From Octopus sinensis (Eukaryota), in assembly GCF_006345805.1 (NCBI RefSeq), contig NC_043012.1, positions 3,472,001 to 3,536,000 of the forward strand: a DNA stretch of 64,000 nucleotides, read 5' to 3'. Below, in pieces: positions 25,355 through 39,305 of the stretch. The position numbers and the translations under genes are program-made. Position 1 is the stretch's first letter. Each line of letters starts with the position of its first letter. The notes under the pieces are model-generated. The model saw only the letters and a list, made by a program, of their open reading frames with translations. It did no database searches and was not told where the DNA came from.

Positions 25355-25917
25355 TAGAAGGTTTGGAGGTGATGTACAGGTATATATTAGAAAAAATAAG
25401 GTACTCAGAAATCTGGATGGTTATACATTTACAGATTTTTATCAAAATGTCACATGATTTTCTAAATCATAAATTAGCGCTTGCATCTACTCTAGTAGAA
25501 TCTTCAGACTTGAATTTGTTTGAGAGTGTTCGTCTCTTTTTATAGTATCATTGAGTGTGTAGGGGGGGAGAGAGATATAGGATTGTAAAAGAGGGTGAGG
25601 AATGGGGAGAAAGTGAGAGAGAGAGTCTATGCCTCTGTGTGTGTGTGCCATTTGTGTGACACTAGTATCTGCCATGACTGTGATTTTACTCAGCTTGATG
25701 GGTCTTCTTCTCAAGTATGATATAATGCCAAAAGTCATTACAAAAGGTTTCTTTAAGTTTCCATCTCCTAAATCCATTCATACTTTATCCTTGGATAGCC
25801 CAAGGATAAAGTAGATGACACTTGCCCAAGGTGCCACGCAGTGGGACTGAGCCCAGAATCATGTGGTTCATAAGCAAGCTACTTACCACAGATCCACGCC
25901 AGTGTCTAGACATACAT

Positions 25918-25949
<32 letters not shown>

Positions 25950-27678
25950 GCATGTATGTATGTATGTATGTATGTATTAAAGGAAGTAAAAAATAAAACA
26001 ATATATATAGGCATACGAGTGACTGTGTGGCATTTTTCAAATGATAGATGGTGAGGAAGGTTTTTATGAGAAAAAGAAATGTTTGAAAATTTATGATTTT
26101 TTCACACCCCACTTCTCCCACCTCCAGACTGATTTTGGTGAATTGATTGCTCTAATTACTTAAAAACGATGGGAAAAGCCTCTTTGTTAAAAAAAAAAAA
26201 TTTGAAAATATTTTCAGACTAAAAGGTGTATGATTTATGGGAGATTTAGCTGTTGTTTCTAACACGTCCCACGACCACCTGGTACCTTCCATGTTTCTTT
26301 GTCACTCTGACAAGTATTGATGTTTCTCAACATTTTTCTTCCCATAAACACATTTTATGGAATGATAATGCAGAAGTTTTTAGTCCAAGAGTAGTCCGTT
26401 TGTAGGGATTTAAGCAACCATTAAAAAATTTTGTAATTTAAATTTTTAACCCCCACCAACTGAGTCTGTGAGAGTGTGTATGTATGCATGTAGGAAAAAA
26501 CATATTCACTAACAGAAAAATATGCTATTAAAATAAAATGTCTTCAACATACTTTTTAAAAATCACTGTGGATAAATCCCAGCAATGACTCTTCACTGTT
26601 TTGAAATTATAGACACAAAGGATGTGGGGTTGAAAAAGCCATAAATTTTCCATTTATTTTTAATAGAATACTTTTCTGTTAGTAAATATATATTTATTTT
26701 CCTTAAAGACACACAAACATATACACGCGGACTCGCTTGGTGCCGGGGAGGGGGAGAGAAACGCGGAAGGTATCACGTCGTCGTGGGATGTGCTACAAAC
26801 AACAGCCAGGCTTCCTTTCACTTTTTCGTCTGGAAGTATTTTCCAAATTTGTTTTTAACGAAAAGACTTTCCCCATCGTTTTAAAGTGCGGAGTGCAAAA
26901 AAAAAAAAAGACCAAATTCGGCCCCAAGGTGGGAGCAGGGGAGTGAGAGGCCAGGGGTGATAGCAGGGGAGTGGGGAGAACAAGGGAGTGGAATTGAAAA
27001 AAAAACCCCAGATTTTCAAAATGTTTTTTTCTTAAAATGCTTTCCTCTATCATTTCCGAGGGCGAAGCGTAAAAAAAAAAAATAAATTGGAAAAATCCCC
27101 GCCGATCATTTTGAAGCGCTGGTAAAAAAAAAAATTGAACCATTTTTCGCGGAGAGTAAATTAATTTAATTTTTTTTTTTCAATTTTAACTTCGTTTAAT
27201 TTCTTTCATACAACTGTTACTGCATACTTAATCACATAAGTATTCTACATTTGGTCGCACACCATAAGGGTCAACGGAACTTATTAAAGTTAACCAAAAC
27301 GCTCGCAGCGTTAACAGTGGACGATGGCGGGACTTGGGCGTTGGAACAGCCAAACACACCCATGGGCATTTGAAAATTCCTTTTCAAAACGGAGAAAGTC
27401 CAACATATGTTGGTGACATATTCCAGACTTCCGTCACGGGAACTTACTCTCATTTACAAATAATGACGGGGTTAGCAAAAAAAAAAAAAAAACGGAAAAT
27501 TCTTTTTCACTTATAGTTTTGGGGTTGTCTGCATTAACTTGCAGAAAATAATTGTTTTGTTTACAAAATAAATTTATAAGTGCGCATGCGTGTGTGTGTG
27601 TGTGTATACAAATAAAAGTATGACTATATAGTGTATATGTTATGTGTGTGTGTGTGTAAAAAACAAACAAACCAAAAC

Positions 27679-27730
27679 AGCCAATCAGAAAGGCGGACTC
27701 TTATATAAAGAGAGGAAGCTTTCATTAATC
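27679..27730 (+). promoter_or_regulatory. Core promoter of the Bcl-2-family gene (CCAAT, TATA, Inr-like)
   Basis: AGCCAATCAG at about 27679, TATATAAAG at about 27702 and TCATT at about 27722, roughly 95 nt before ATG 27819. Confidence 0.6.
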
Positions 27731-27818
27731 GCTTTTAAAGTCGCAAGCGTTTACATTGAGTAAGCTCTTATCGTTTCCCTCAAAAAGTTTAACAGGCGCT
27801 CAGTTAATATCCCTCAAG

Positions 27819-28334
27819 ATGGTCTCTGTTCTGACGAATATCTTTTGTAGTATTAACTCCTCGCCTGTTATGGACCCCTTTCAATCGGTAATGCACATGG
27901 ATAATGAAGAAAATCTGAAATTTTGTAGAAAAGAAGTGCACAAAATTGTCAAAGACATGGTGTTAAACTTCGATAAAGGTCACTTTATCTCGAAACCCGA
28001 GTCCGACATTTGTGCAGGCATGAGAAAATCAGTATTAGAAATTTACAACACTTACAGAGATGCTCTGCATAAAAACGTTGCCCAATTGTTAGGCGAAGTT
28101 GCTGATGAATTTACAATACAAAAAGCCTATCGTTGCGTTGTGGACACCATCCTGGAGGATCGGAAAAATCTGCATTGGCGGCGTATCTCGATGGTTTTCA
28201 TTATGTTGGCCCTTTTGGCGGAAGATCAGCGAGCAAAAAAGCATGACCTTTCCTGGGAACATTATAACCAAATCTTGATAAAAATCTTTAGAGACCACAA
28301 GATCGACATCTGGATAAATGATAACGGCGGATGG
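27819..28334 (+). CDS. Bcl-2-family protein (Mcl-1/A1-like), coding exon 1: BH4-like, BH3-like, BH1 and start of BH2
   Basis: 172 codons from ATG 27819. BH1-like VVDTILEDRKNLHWRRISMVF and BH2 IDIWINDNGGW are present. The donor TGG|GTGAGG falls exactly after GGW, the conserved Bcl-2-family intron position (phase 0). Confidence 0.85.
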
Positions 28335-31300
28335 GTGAGGTTTAATTTATTATATATAATTATTTTTAAAATTCATATATTTTTTTGTACGTGAATAAAA
28401 TATAGAGATCTGATTTAGTAAACAAAATACATAGCTTTGAGAATTGTATAGGCCTTTATTTATTTTTTTTACGGAGAGAAATTCTGCTTTAAGCTCGCCA
28501 TATAATCTCTCATAACTATCTTGGTAGTATTTTACGAATTTGTATTCTTAATACAGAAAACTACACGACTGTAAAAAATTTTTGTGTCACTTTTTCGAAT
28601 TTAAAAAAGAAATCACAGTTTGAAATATAAACAAGTCCTAAATTTTGGCTTAAATCCCAACAAATTAAATGTGTTAATGGGGAAGAAAGATATCAAAAAA
28701 TCTGAATACGCCAGACTGACAAACAAACGGGGGCAGTTGTGAGATGTGCTATGAGGGGGTCATATATGGCATGCTTAAATAGAATTCTGCTCCCATGTTT
28801 TAAAAGAAAATAAACACATTTAATTTATTGAATAAAAATACTTTCCAGACACAATCATGAAAGTATAAACGAAATTGGTGTTGTTTATCTTTAAATATTA
28901 TAGTTGAAATTAAAAAGCAATTAGCAAGTCTATCTGTAAAAAAAGTGTTTTACAATAGCATTATATAATTTATTCTTTAACACTTTTTCTTACAAAACGG
29001 ACCTAATTATTTAATATATTTTAATTGACGGCATAACGTACCAAGTGCGAAAAATATTGTAGGTCTTTATTCTCATATGAAATCTCTCACTCACCCAAAC
29101 TTTTGCTTCTTTATGCTGTACCTAATATACAAACAGTTTATTATTATACAAATAGTATTGAAGTACGTTAGGGGATGATATTGCACTAATTAATGTCATT
29201 ATGGCGCCTCGCTTTATGTTCTGGAGTTCGAACCCTACTCAGTTCGATTTCGCATTCCCGACAAAATAATTGCCAATTAACAATAAACTATATATTCATT
29301 TCCACACAACCCCCCCTTTTTAAAAAAAATTTTGTTCTTGCCTCAACGTAGTCGTTCGACCTGCTTGAAATAGCAGTGAAATCTCTTAATACCCTGTTAC
29401 TTTATATGACCGTTAATTACTGTTGCCGATACCACTCGGCTGTCGACCTTGCTTGATAGTGTCTGACTATATCCATATCAAGCAATCTAAATTCTTTTAA
29501 ATAATTAACGGAAAAAAATTTTTAAATTCACAATACAAATCAAACTATAATTAGTTATCTCTCCTCTTTTTATATCGGGTGGTGGTTGTTTAGTTCCAAG
29601 TCATCCTATTAGTTCAGTCCTATGATTAGACTTTCCAGACAAAGGCCACCCCGTCATATATTTATACTATTTTTAATTTGTTGTATAGGATTTAGATGAT
29701 CCGATGCGTCTATTATGATATTTTATTTTTAAGAGAATACGACGTTAATTCCATGGAGATTTGGCTGCAATTTGTTTTCTAACCAAACCAGTTTTATTGT
29801 CGGTATATTTAATAGCACTTTAGAATTATAACCCGACAATAAAGCTGTTTCAGCCTTCCTTTTTATCTTTATTTTCCCCCCACTATATCTAGGACTACGT
29901 TACACTGGTTTGAGGGACATTTGGCTTCGGTTTTTAACAAGTCAAACGACAATATAAGCTGTTCGCTCGTCTTTATGTATAAAGTTAAAAAGTTTGGGCG
30001 AAATCATTTCCTTGATATATATTTCACCAATTTTCCCTCTCTCTCTCTCTTTGCTTATTGTTGCTAAGCACACACACTCATCATTTTCCTTGACTTCGAT
30101 ACTTTGATTATCGATTGTTGAGTATAAAAGTCAGTTCAGTCGCAGTCACACAAAGGACATTGATTATGTGTGACGTGGAGCCAACCGAGCACATCAAATG
30201 TGGGGTAGCTTTTTGCAAGGCCTTTGTTGTTGCAGCTTAGCTCCGGTTTTGAGCATCGATCGTGCAAACTTACGATCAAAGCCGCTCCAGCTGTGAATAT
30301 CTATCTTAATCTATCCAAGATCATATTACCAAACTTATTCTCTTTTTTTTTAAGAGGCTGAGAGGTGTACTGAGTGAGATTTTGCTGCTATTTCTAGCGG
30401 ATCATTGCTGCCACGTAGAAGTTCTCCCACTTTCTCATTAGTTCGTGGGATGGGCGGATTCGTTATCAAATTAAAACCAGACTTGCAGCCTACCAAACCG
30501 GATTTAGTCTCCAATTTTATTCTGGGTTGCAAAAAGAGAGTAAAATTACTCTACAATCCAAATTCTCTTAATTGCCGTTATTACTTTTCTTTACATTTCG
30601 ACCGACCTAATTTATCGAATTATTTATTTAAAACCAAGCATAAATAGCAAAGGAGTTGTGTTCGCTGATTTTTTTTTCCTTCCTTGTCTCAGTTTTAAAC
30701 ACTCATTTTCGACGATAGTAAATTAAGTAAAATTCTATTTCTAAGTATAGGTCGATGGTTAGTACTTGTCACTTGGAATTTTCAGTATTTCAGAGTAAAG
30801 ACCACTTCTGGAAATTTACGGAGGAGAGGTGTTGATTGCTCTGTAAATTTTCCAAAAGAAGCCATCTAAACCTTATTTCTCATAACTTTCATTGTTTTAG
30901 CTTTAAAACACACACTCACACGAGGCAATACTTAACGAAAACTATACTACTCTCTAGATAAATATATAAATATTTTATCCATAAATCCGACAATAAATAT
31001 TGTTTCGCCCATGTATATATATAAACACACACACACACACTGTAACTAACACAAGAGTAGAAATTCATATTTGTGAATTTTCGTTTCCTTTCTTAGCTCT
31101 TAGCATTTTTACATCCTGTTTTGAGTAGATCTAGATCTAATTACATCTGTCACTTAGTATTTCAAACATTTTTTAAAATTGCTACAATTTCGCCTTGAAA
31201 TCTTGCCGAATTGACTTTATTTTTGAAACGGAAATTGTCGGTTACCAAGAGAACCTAAAATTTAATCATTACTCTGAGCATTTAATGGTCGGCGATCTTT

Positions 31301-32932
31301 CGTAGACCTTTCGTTCTCTTTCGCTCTCATTACTTCAAAAGTTCCCGTCATTACTTCAAAAGTTCCCGCAAGCCCATATGTAAAAAAAAAAAAAAATTTT
31401 TACGGAAATCGACGGAAAGGTCTACTTGAGACGAAAGATTGCCTAATGGTCTAATGCTGGAATTTAAGCCAAAAATTTAAACTAATTTTTTAAAATTTTA
31501 TAAAATTTCGAAAACTTAAACAGATTTCATAGTCGTATGAATTATCGTGTGTAGAACAGAAATTCACCAGAAATTTCTGAAAATTAAAATAATAATAAAG
31601 TTATGAAGAGGTTTTATATGTCGTGTATAAAGCAGAATTGCCTTCTTGTCGATGGTGGTGGCGATGTATCTGCCAGCAGTCACGTATTCTCTTGAGTGTG
31701 TTAACGTCATACTTTCCGACCTCTCCTAATTCTTAGCCGAAATGAATAGTCTGTTAACATTTGCGAATTTTTGCATCATCGTATTACTAGAGGCTTGGTC
31801 CGAAACGTTTGCATTCTCATCTACCCACGCACGGCGTATCAGTTTATCTTCTTGCGCAGCAGACGAATCGCGTCTCTCTTCAGGTTGGCTGACATATATT
31901 CATTCGTTACTTGGGCCAAACTACGCAAAAAAACAAACCAGCAAGGGCGTCTCTGTGGTTGCCCGACCTGCTAGACTCAACAGCCAAATACCTTACCGTC
32001 TAACAAAGAAAAGACACGGTACATAATCGAGAAGACATAGCGCTCAAGATAATATACGAAATGGCCATATGTGGAACGTTTTTCACTGTAGTGTATAATA
32101 GATCCTAAAGCCACTATTTTCCTGTGCTCTGAAAATGTCTCATTCCAGATGTTTTACCTTCTGTTGCAGTCATTAGGCTGCAGCTATGTTAGGGAACCGC
32201 CTTGAAGGGTTTAGTTGAACAAATCGATCCCAGTAAATTTTCTTTTCTAAACCTGGTACTTAACCATGGTTCTTTTTTCACTACTAAGTTGTGAGGAACA
32301 TAAACAAACTAACACCAGTTACCAAGTGGTAGCAGTGGTCTCACGCGTGTGCACGACAAGCCTTCAATTTCCGTCTACCAAATCCACTCAAAAGGTTTCG
32401 GTTGGCCAAGTGCTATAGCATACTTGTCAAAAGCCGTCACACAATGCGACTAAAACCAGAGCTTAAACTATTTCTTTTTTTAAATTCAGAAAATCACTAG
32501 TCACACATAGCTGAAACAGGACATTTTCAGACTTGAAAATAACCAGTCTGTCCTTTGCACAGACTAGGATTTGCATTCATATGTGCATACACTTGAGAGC
32601 ACTTAAAAGTGCAAAAAATGCATTTTTCTGAAAGTTTCAACTGTGACCATTCTATTTAAAAAGTGTTACAAATATTATCTCTTCATCGTTGTTTTTTCTT
32701 AGTATAAATCCACCTTATTTTTGGACCTTGTTAAAAAATTTTCTACAACAGCTTCGTTTTTAAAAATTTTCATTAGATTATTTTCAAAATGTTTACTTCT
32801 TTTGTAGTTTTGCTTGCTGATGATGTGTGTATAGATCTATACTGCTATTGCCCCATGTTGTTCTATTCCTTGTCAGTACAGAAATTTTGTTGTTAAATTC
32901 CCTCTGTTACTATCTGGTTTTTAAATTTAGTA

Positions 32933-33146
32933 CCTATTTATTACCCACAAGGGGCTAAACAAGGACAGACATAGGTATTAAGTAGATTACATCGACCCCA
33001 GTGCGTAACTGGTACTTAATTTATCGACCCCGAAAGGATGAAAGGCAAAGTCGACCTCGACGGAATTTGAACTCACAACGTAACGCAGACGAAATACCGC
33101 TAAGCATTTCGCCCGGCATGCTAACGTTTCTGCCAGCTCGCCGCCT
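32933..33146 (-). mobile_element. SINE family B copy in the Bcl-2-like intron
   Basis: Near-identical to the 11143-11371 copy. Confidence 0.8.
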
Positions 33147-33190
33147 TTTAAATTTAATACCACTGTGCAGCTCATTGGACAAATGTCTTC

Positions 33191-33650
33191 TACAGGGTGC
33201 GAGGGGTATTTGAGGACATTTTGTTTTTAGTTCATTTTAGTATTTAATGTAGCTTTTTTTTTTTTTTTTTGATAAACCTTTCAATTTATCATGCTAACTC
33301 AAGAAATGAATATACATGCAAACCACAGTGTTGCAAGATCATTTGTACATAAATTTTGGTTGGAATTGGAGGCATGTGATGATAATGTTTCATTCTGTAT
33401 CAAAGAGAAAAAAATATTCACAACGCTCAAACACTAAAAGGACACCAGAATTTATACAACATTCAAAACATTATTGATGAAAACCCCAGATCAATGAGGT
33501 CCATTGGTAAAGAATTTGGGGTATCAGAGTGGACTATCAGAACTGTGGTACATTGTAACATTTTGATACAAGTCCTTTGTAATGAGAAAAGGCCAATTGT
33601 ATGAAACGATGTCCGTTCTTTGGAATGCTGCCAATAAAGATCATTATTAA
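33191..33650 (+). mobile_element. Tc1/mariner-superfamily transposon 5' remnant
   Basis: Starts TACAGGGTG. Carries a frameshifted HTH-like ...RTPEFI...IIDENPRSMRSIGKEFGVSEWTIRTVVH. A related 5' fragment lies at about 24505-24700. Confidence 0.6.
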
Positions 33651-33662
33651 CTCCAACAATTC

Positions 33663-33941
33663 TCAGTAATCATTTCGTTGTTGTTTCTGCATACAAAGGT
33701 GGTATTCAAGAATGGTAGAGCAGACATCATCAGTCACTTCATTGCTACTAGTTATGTAAATCTTGAGTTTCGTCCAAGTTTCTCTAAATCTTTTGAAAAA
33801 TGCCATGTCTGGACCAGAAGTTGCTCCCATCAGTGAGTCAAAACAGCTCCTAAAAACTAACTCAAAATTGTGATGATGGCAAGGGAAGTACAACAGGTTG
33901 CGATTGAACAACTTTTCTAGATTTGTACTGGCATCATTCAC
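33663..33941 (-). pseudogene. DDE DNA-transposase fragment with a CxxH-type motif
   Basis: ORF track: LLYFPCHHHNFELVF...SGPDMAFFKRFRETW resembles invertebrate DDE transposases. The superfamily is not assignable by eye. Confidence 0.5.
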
Positions 33942-35006
33942 TTGACCTGTGTTGCTTGCTGTCGTATCTGAGCAAAGTGCCTGAATTTTGTCAGTTATAC
34001 CTCATTTCTTCACTGCTTGGTAAACAGCCATGGCTTGCTGTTCTCTTGAAGATGTTAGAATTTCAGGGACTCCCAACAATTGCTCCTTGCCATGGAAAGT
34101 TTGACCCTCTGGAAAATTGGAAGAAGTCTTCGATGTTTCGAGCAAGCCTATACACCTCTATAGAAATTTCAGATATTAACAATTAAAGGAACAATTAAAC
34201 GTTTGTTAGGAATTGATATATTATTGCTTAGCCCCAGGGCAACCCTGACAGTACAGACCTATGGTCAAAGGCTTCCATTTATGACCAACCATCCTTTGAG
34301 GGCTGTCTCTGACTACATTATCTAATGTTCTTTAAATAAAAAAAGAATGATGTGATTTAAGGGATATTTGGTTACTATTTCTAGCAAAATAGCAGCTTTC
34401 AAAAGATTCACTCTTTGAAGTGACTGGAACAATTTTATGTATTTAAAATATATTCATAAAATGTGGCTGCAAGATACAAAGCTTTCACTTTTCTTTTTTC
34501 TCAATTCTTGCTTGGCTAATTTTGCATTCTTGTTAGCTTTAGTGGTTGTCAGGGAGAATTTCCTGCTTTTGTGGGGTATCATTCACAGAACACACTATTG
34601 TCATGCAGTGTCCCTAAAATAAAAGTGAAAAACTGCTGACTGCCTTAACCTTTGAACATTTAAACAGGCCATATCAAGCCAAAATATTCTACCAGTTTTA
34701 TATCTATATCAGCCAGATCTAGCCTCTCACACCTGCCCTACAATGTCATTCTAAAAATAGTCACGTTGAAATCTCAAAGCTATGAGGTAAGGTTTGCTTA
34801 ATTCAAAACATTGTGAACAGATAAGTATTATATTTGGCAGAGTAATCTGAATGTTAAAGGTTTATGTTACCCATCTCAACCTTAAGCTTCTTTTGTGTGG
34901 AAAAGATAGATATACCTTTCTTAAGAGCACTCTAGTTTCCAAAATTGCATATTTTTCTATTTTTTGTATTCTATTTTCTTATATGTTTTTATTTTCCTTA
35001 ATGCAG

Positions 35007-35111
35007 GATGGCTTCCTGGAACATATTCATATGAAACACAAAAGTAAATTGGAAGAAATTATCTGGCTGAGTACAATTGGACTCTGGTCTTTGTCAGTTT
35101 CTGGTTTGTGA
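35007..35111 (+). CDS. Bcl-2-family protein, coding exon 2: end of BH2 and hydrophobic C-terminal tail
   Basis: Acceptor TTTTATTTTCCTTAATGCAG|GAT. In phase 0 it reads DGFLEHIHMKHKSKLEEIIWLSTIGLWSLSVSGL*, giving GGW|DGFLEH, like Mcl-1 GWDGFVEF. The spliced protein would be 206 aa. A candidate AATAAA lies at 37141. Confidence 0.82.
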   Translation, partial: DGFLEHIHMKHKSKLEEIIWLSTIGLWSLSVSGL

Positions 35112-38100
35112 ATGATGAAATGTCTGTAATATGAAGACTGGAATTGAAGTCATCTTTAATTTTCTTGTAACAAATTAGCACCTTTAACACAAACTGAAGA
35201 AGCTATATCAATCTGATTAATTTTTTAGATATCTAAAAGCAGATTTCTTAACACTTCATTGTTATCTTACCTGGACTAAACATCATTAAAATTGTAATTA
35301 CTTACAAATGGAATAATCTGTCATTCCTAATATAAGCAAAATTAGTATAACATATTTTAATGAAAACAATTGCTTAAAATGTAAATTCTGTTGAATATCA
35401 TCACAACATTCACATCTTATCAAAATCCAAGTTGTTAATCCTTCGTTACATTGTATGAAAGTGCTTTGTGGTTGTTGCTTTGGCTATGTAAGACACGTAT
35501 GTTTGTATATTCACTTTTATTTCAACAGTGTAATTTCAAATGTTGTTAATTGTAAATAGTCAAAATAACTCTTTACAATGAAATTATAATGACAAATAAC
35601 ACTGGGAATCAAACTAGTTATAACATCTAACTACAAAAAGGCTATTTTATTATGCAAGTCAGGTCTTAGAGTAACAGCCTGCCTGGCAGCTAAAGTGAAT
35701 TGCACTTGCTTGATAAAACAAGCAAAATATGGCTATTGCAGCACCTGCCAAGCTTTAGAAGGAACAACCAAAATAAAATCAATTTCATTTTAAAGCAGTT
35801 CTTTCCCATTTTATCTTAATTAGAAATAATTTAACTTAAGACTTATTATCCTGATGAAATTAAAATTACAAATTCACCTTTACTTCTGAGTATTATTTGT
35901 GTATATATATGGCAGATTGATAGGTGAAGTAATGATAATTCCACACTCCAATATATAAATTTATAAACCTGTGACTATTGGACACTTGGTATAACTACCT
36001 CAGTACCAGTTTTGAGAAGTGAGACTTAAGACCAAGTCTTTAGTGGAATTCTGAATATATTTTTAGAATATATGTTAAACAGATTCACACATGATATCAA
36101 AATTGTAGTAAATCAGGAGAATATAGTTATGTAGGTGCAAATCGCTTCACAGTCCTGTAGTTCCAGTATCAGCCCCACTGCATGGTATGCTGGGAAATGT
36201 CTGCTGCTATTACCTCAAGTTGACCAGTGGTTTCTGAGTGAAACCCAAATGCTTCACTTGTCCACTGCAGTGAAGCATGTCCAAGCTTCTTGACATATTG
36301 CACAATCTTTGTAAACAAAAGTCTAATTCAGACTGTGCTGTTTGTTTCCGGTTCTTTGTGTAACCATGTGCGGGCTGGCCGTTGTTCGATAGACTGGAAG
36401 ATTTATTGCCTTGCTTGGATACAAGTAAGGGTTGGCAACAGGAAGGATATCTGGCCGTGGAAAACTCTGCCCCAGAGTAGTCTCATCTGATCTATGCAAG
36501 CATGAAAAAGCAAATGTTACAACAATGAGTGTGATGCCTATGATAAACCCTTAAATGAAAAGGAATTCTGTAAATGATTATTTAGGGAAGAATAAGACTG
36601 GGATGAGGCATGAACAGAGCTGCTTGTAGATCATGAGATCAATTCCACTTGGGGCATTTTCTTTCGATTCTGGACTATACATTTTGTCTTTCTTTCACAG
36701 AGCTTCAAATCTTTACAATTTCTTCCCTGCCAATATTTTTCTTGCAGTTAGTTTTTCAGAAACATAAACTGCACTATATCTGGAAGGTTTCTCTTGACCA
36801 AACCATTTAAAACAGGAAAAAAAACAAAACTATAGTTAGAAATATTTTTGATGGATGGAGTGGGTAGCGATGCCCATTATAATATCCTTGTCCTGTCTGT
36901 GGTAGGGATAAGATAGCAACAAGTATTTTTGTATTAAAATTAGAGCTAAGTTAAATTTGCCTAGCTACACAGCGAAATATTTAAGTGAACTTAAATTGAA
37001 TGTTTGAGATGAGTTTTCAGATAATTCATCCCATTTTTAGAGTTGAATAATGTTTCTCATTGCCAACATATTTCTACTACCATTTTTTTTTTTTTCCTTC
37101 CTGTTTGCTTTGTATAAAATTTGAAGGAGTTTAGTTATTTAATAAATTATTTATTTTCACATAATATATGCAGAGACTTCCTCTAAATATTTTCATTGAT
37201 ATGATGTTGGATGATTACTCCTTGTTATCAAATATTGTGATTGGAACAATTTCGTTCCTACATCTGGTGAGAGGGAAGCAATGAAATTAGCACCAGTCAG
37301 GTATTGAGGTTGATTAAATTGATTATGTCCTTCAATTAAAATTCAAGATTAATCAAAATCAGATTTTTTTTAATGCTATTTGTATTCATGCAAGGTGATC
37401 ATAATCTTCACTTGAAACTTATTGATCACACATTTTTCTTTTTTTTTTTTTAGTACTTTTGTATTAATGTAGATCTGGATTTCTTATAAATAGCAATTCC
37501 CAATATAAGCAAAATGCCACACAATCAATTAGATCAACTCCAGTACTTGACTGCTACTTCATCAACTTTGGAAGGGTGGTGGGCAAAATTTGTCTCAGCA
37601 GGATTGGAACTCAGGATTGAAGGAGCGCCAATCCACTGCCCTACAATTTAGCCTCTGTAGAGTAGTATACTACATCTCATTAGTTTCATAATTCCTTCTC
37701 CCACCAACCTAACTACATTGAAACTTTTTTTTTTTTTACATCAGTAACTATTAACAATTCAATCTGCTTCTTTTTTCTGATGCTATTAATAAGCAATTAC
37801 TAAAAAAAACCAAAAAACAATAAAACATCAACATATGAAGCTGCTGTGCCTCTATTTTTGTATCTTAAATAAATGATTATAAATGGATATTGTGTGTGTG
37901 TCTGTGTGCATGCTATCTTGTGAAAAAGTAAAACATCAAAACTTTCAAGGATGGAAGACATTGCTACTTGTCATTCACTTTGACATCTTACTTTTGGGAG
38001 GATGCAAAGAATATAAAGTGATGTCCTCTTCCAACCAAACATCTGCATATTACATCTACAACTGAAGCAACACCTCAAAGATTGGAACATCGTCTTGAGG

Positions 38101-39305
38101 ATGTTAATCATCATCATCAGTGGACAGCTATAAAGAATGTGTGTATAAATGTATATATTGTGTGTGTGTTTTGTATATATATCATCATCATTATTTAACG
38201 TCTGCTTTCCATGCTGGCATGGATTGGATGGTTTGACTGAGGACTGGCAAGCCAGGTGGCTGCACCAGGCTCCAATCTGATATGGCAAGGTTTCTTCCTA
38301 ATGCCAACCACTCCAAGAGATGTATATATATATGTCTGTTCACTTCATTATGAAGATATTAAATTTTCGAAACTTTATTTGTTTGTCAGATTTCTTTTAA
38401 GAATTTTGAATCTATCTCTCGATTTGTATCAATAATCAAAGAAAAACAAATCTGGTAAATTACTCAAGCCTCTTGTCTTCAATTGGAGAGTAGTTTGCAC
38501 CATATAACAATTCCTTGAACTTAAATTTAAAATTTAAAAAACAAAAATGACAAAGAAAATTAAACTGTATTGAAAATGTTTCTTTTTCAACCAGTGTAGA
38601 ATGAGATGTTATATGAATAAATGAACAATCTGTTAGATTAGCACCTTTTGTACATGTATGGATAAGTGAGGTATTTTTATAGCTGGATGCCCTTCCCGAC
38701 ACTGGCCTTTATCTTTTTATGAAGTTTTTTTTTTTATTCCACGGCTTTGAGAATGCACTGTTACTGGGCATAATATTTACCAAGAATGTAAGTACGACAA
38801 CACTGCTTTTTGACTCAGACCATCTTATTTAAGAAGTAGGAAAGACATTTTAGACACTCGCACACATGATGGGCTTTCCATACAGCTTCAGTCTGCCAAT
38901 TCCACTCATAAGGCTTGGGTGACCTAAAGCTATAGTAGAAAATACGCCCACACCATGCTGTGCAGCAGCACTGAACCTAAAATCATTTGGGTTGTAAAGC
39001 AAACTCCTTAACCACACAGCCATTCTGGGATTCAGTTATCAGGTTGGAGCTGGTGTATCTTAGTCATTGTCCAAGTGATTTACCAATGAAACCCTAATAC
39101 ATGAATGTCCTCAGTTGTTGAGATCTCACAAAATATAATACTGTCTTCTTTAGCCCCTCCTCCAACGTCTACACAAGAACATCTGTGGCTGATTACTTGC
39201 TGCCAATAGCAGCTGAAATGGCTTCAGTTCTCTTATCGGATGCATATACACTGCCAGAAACCTCCTCCTCTTCCCACAAAAAAATCCTCAACCGTTCTTT
39301 TGAGC

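Noticed and set aside
27756-28394. ORF-track version of the Bcl-2-like protein (TTG start, ends VRFNLLYII...)
   Set aside because: The TTG lies in the probable 5' UTR, and the tail is intron read-through past the GGW|GTGAG donor. The spliced model is preferred.
31785-31812. GG..CC-GAAACGTT resembling a minimal hammerhead 3' half
   Set aside because: The CUGANGA box is missing (only CTAGA is present).
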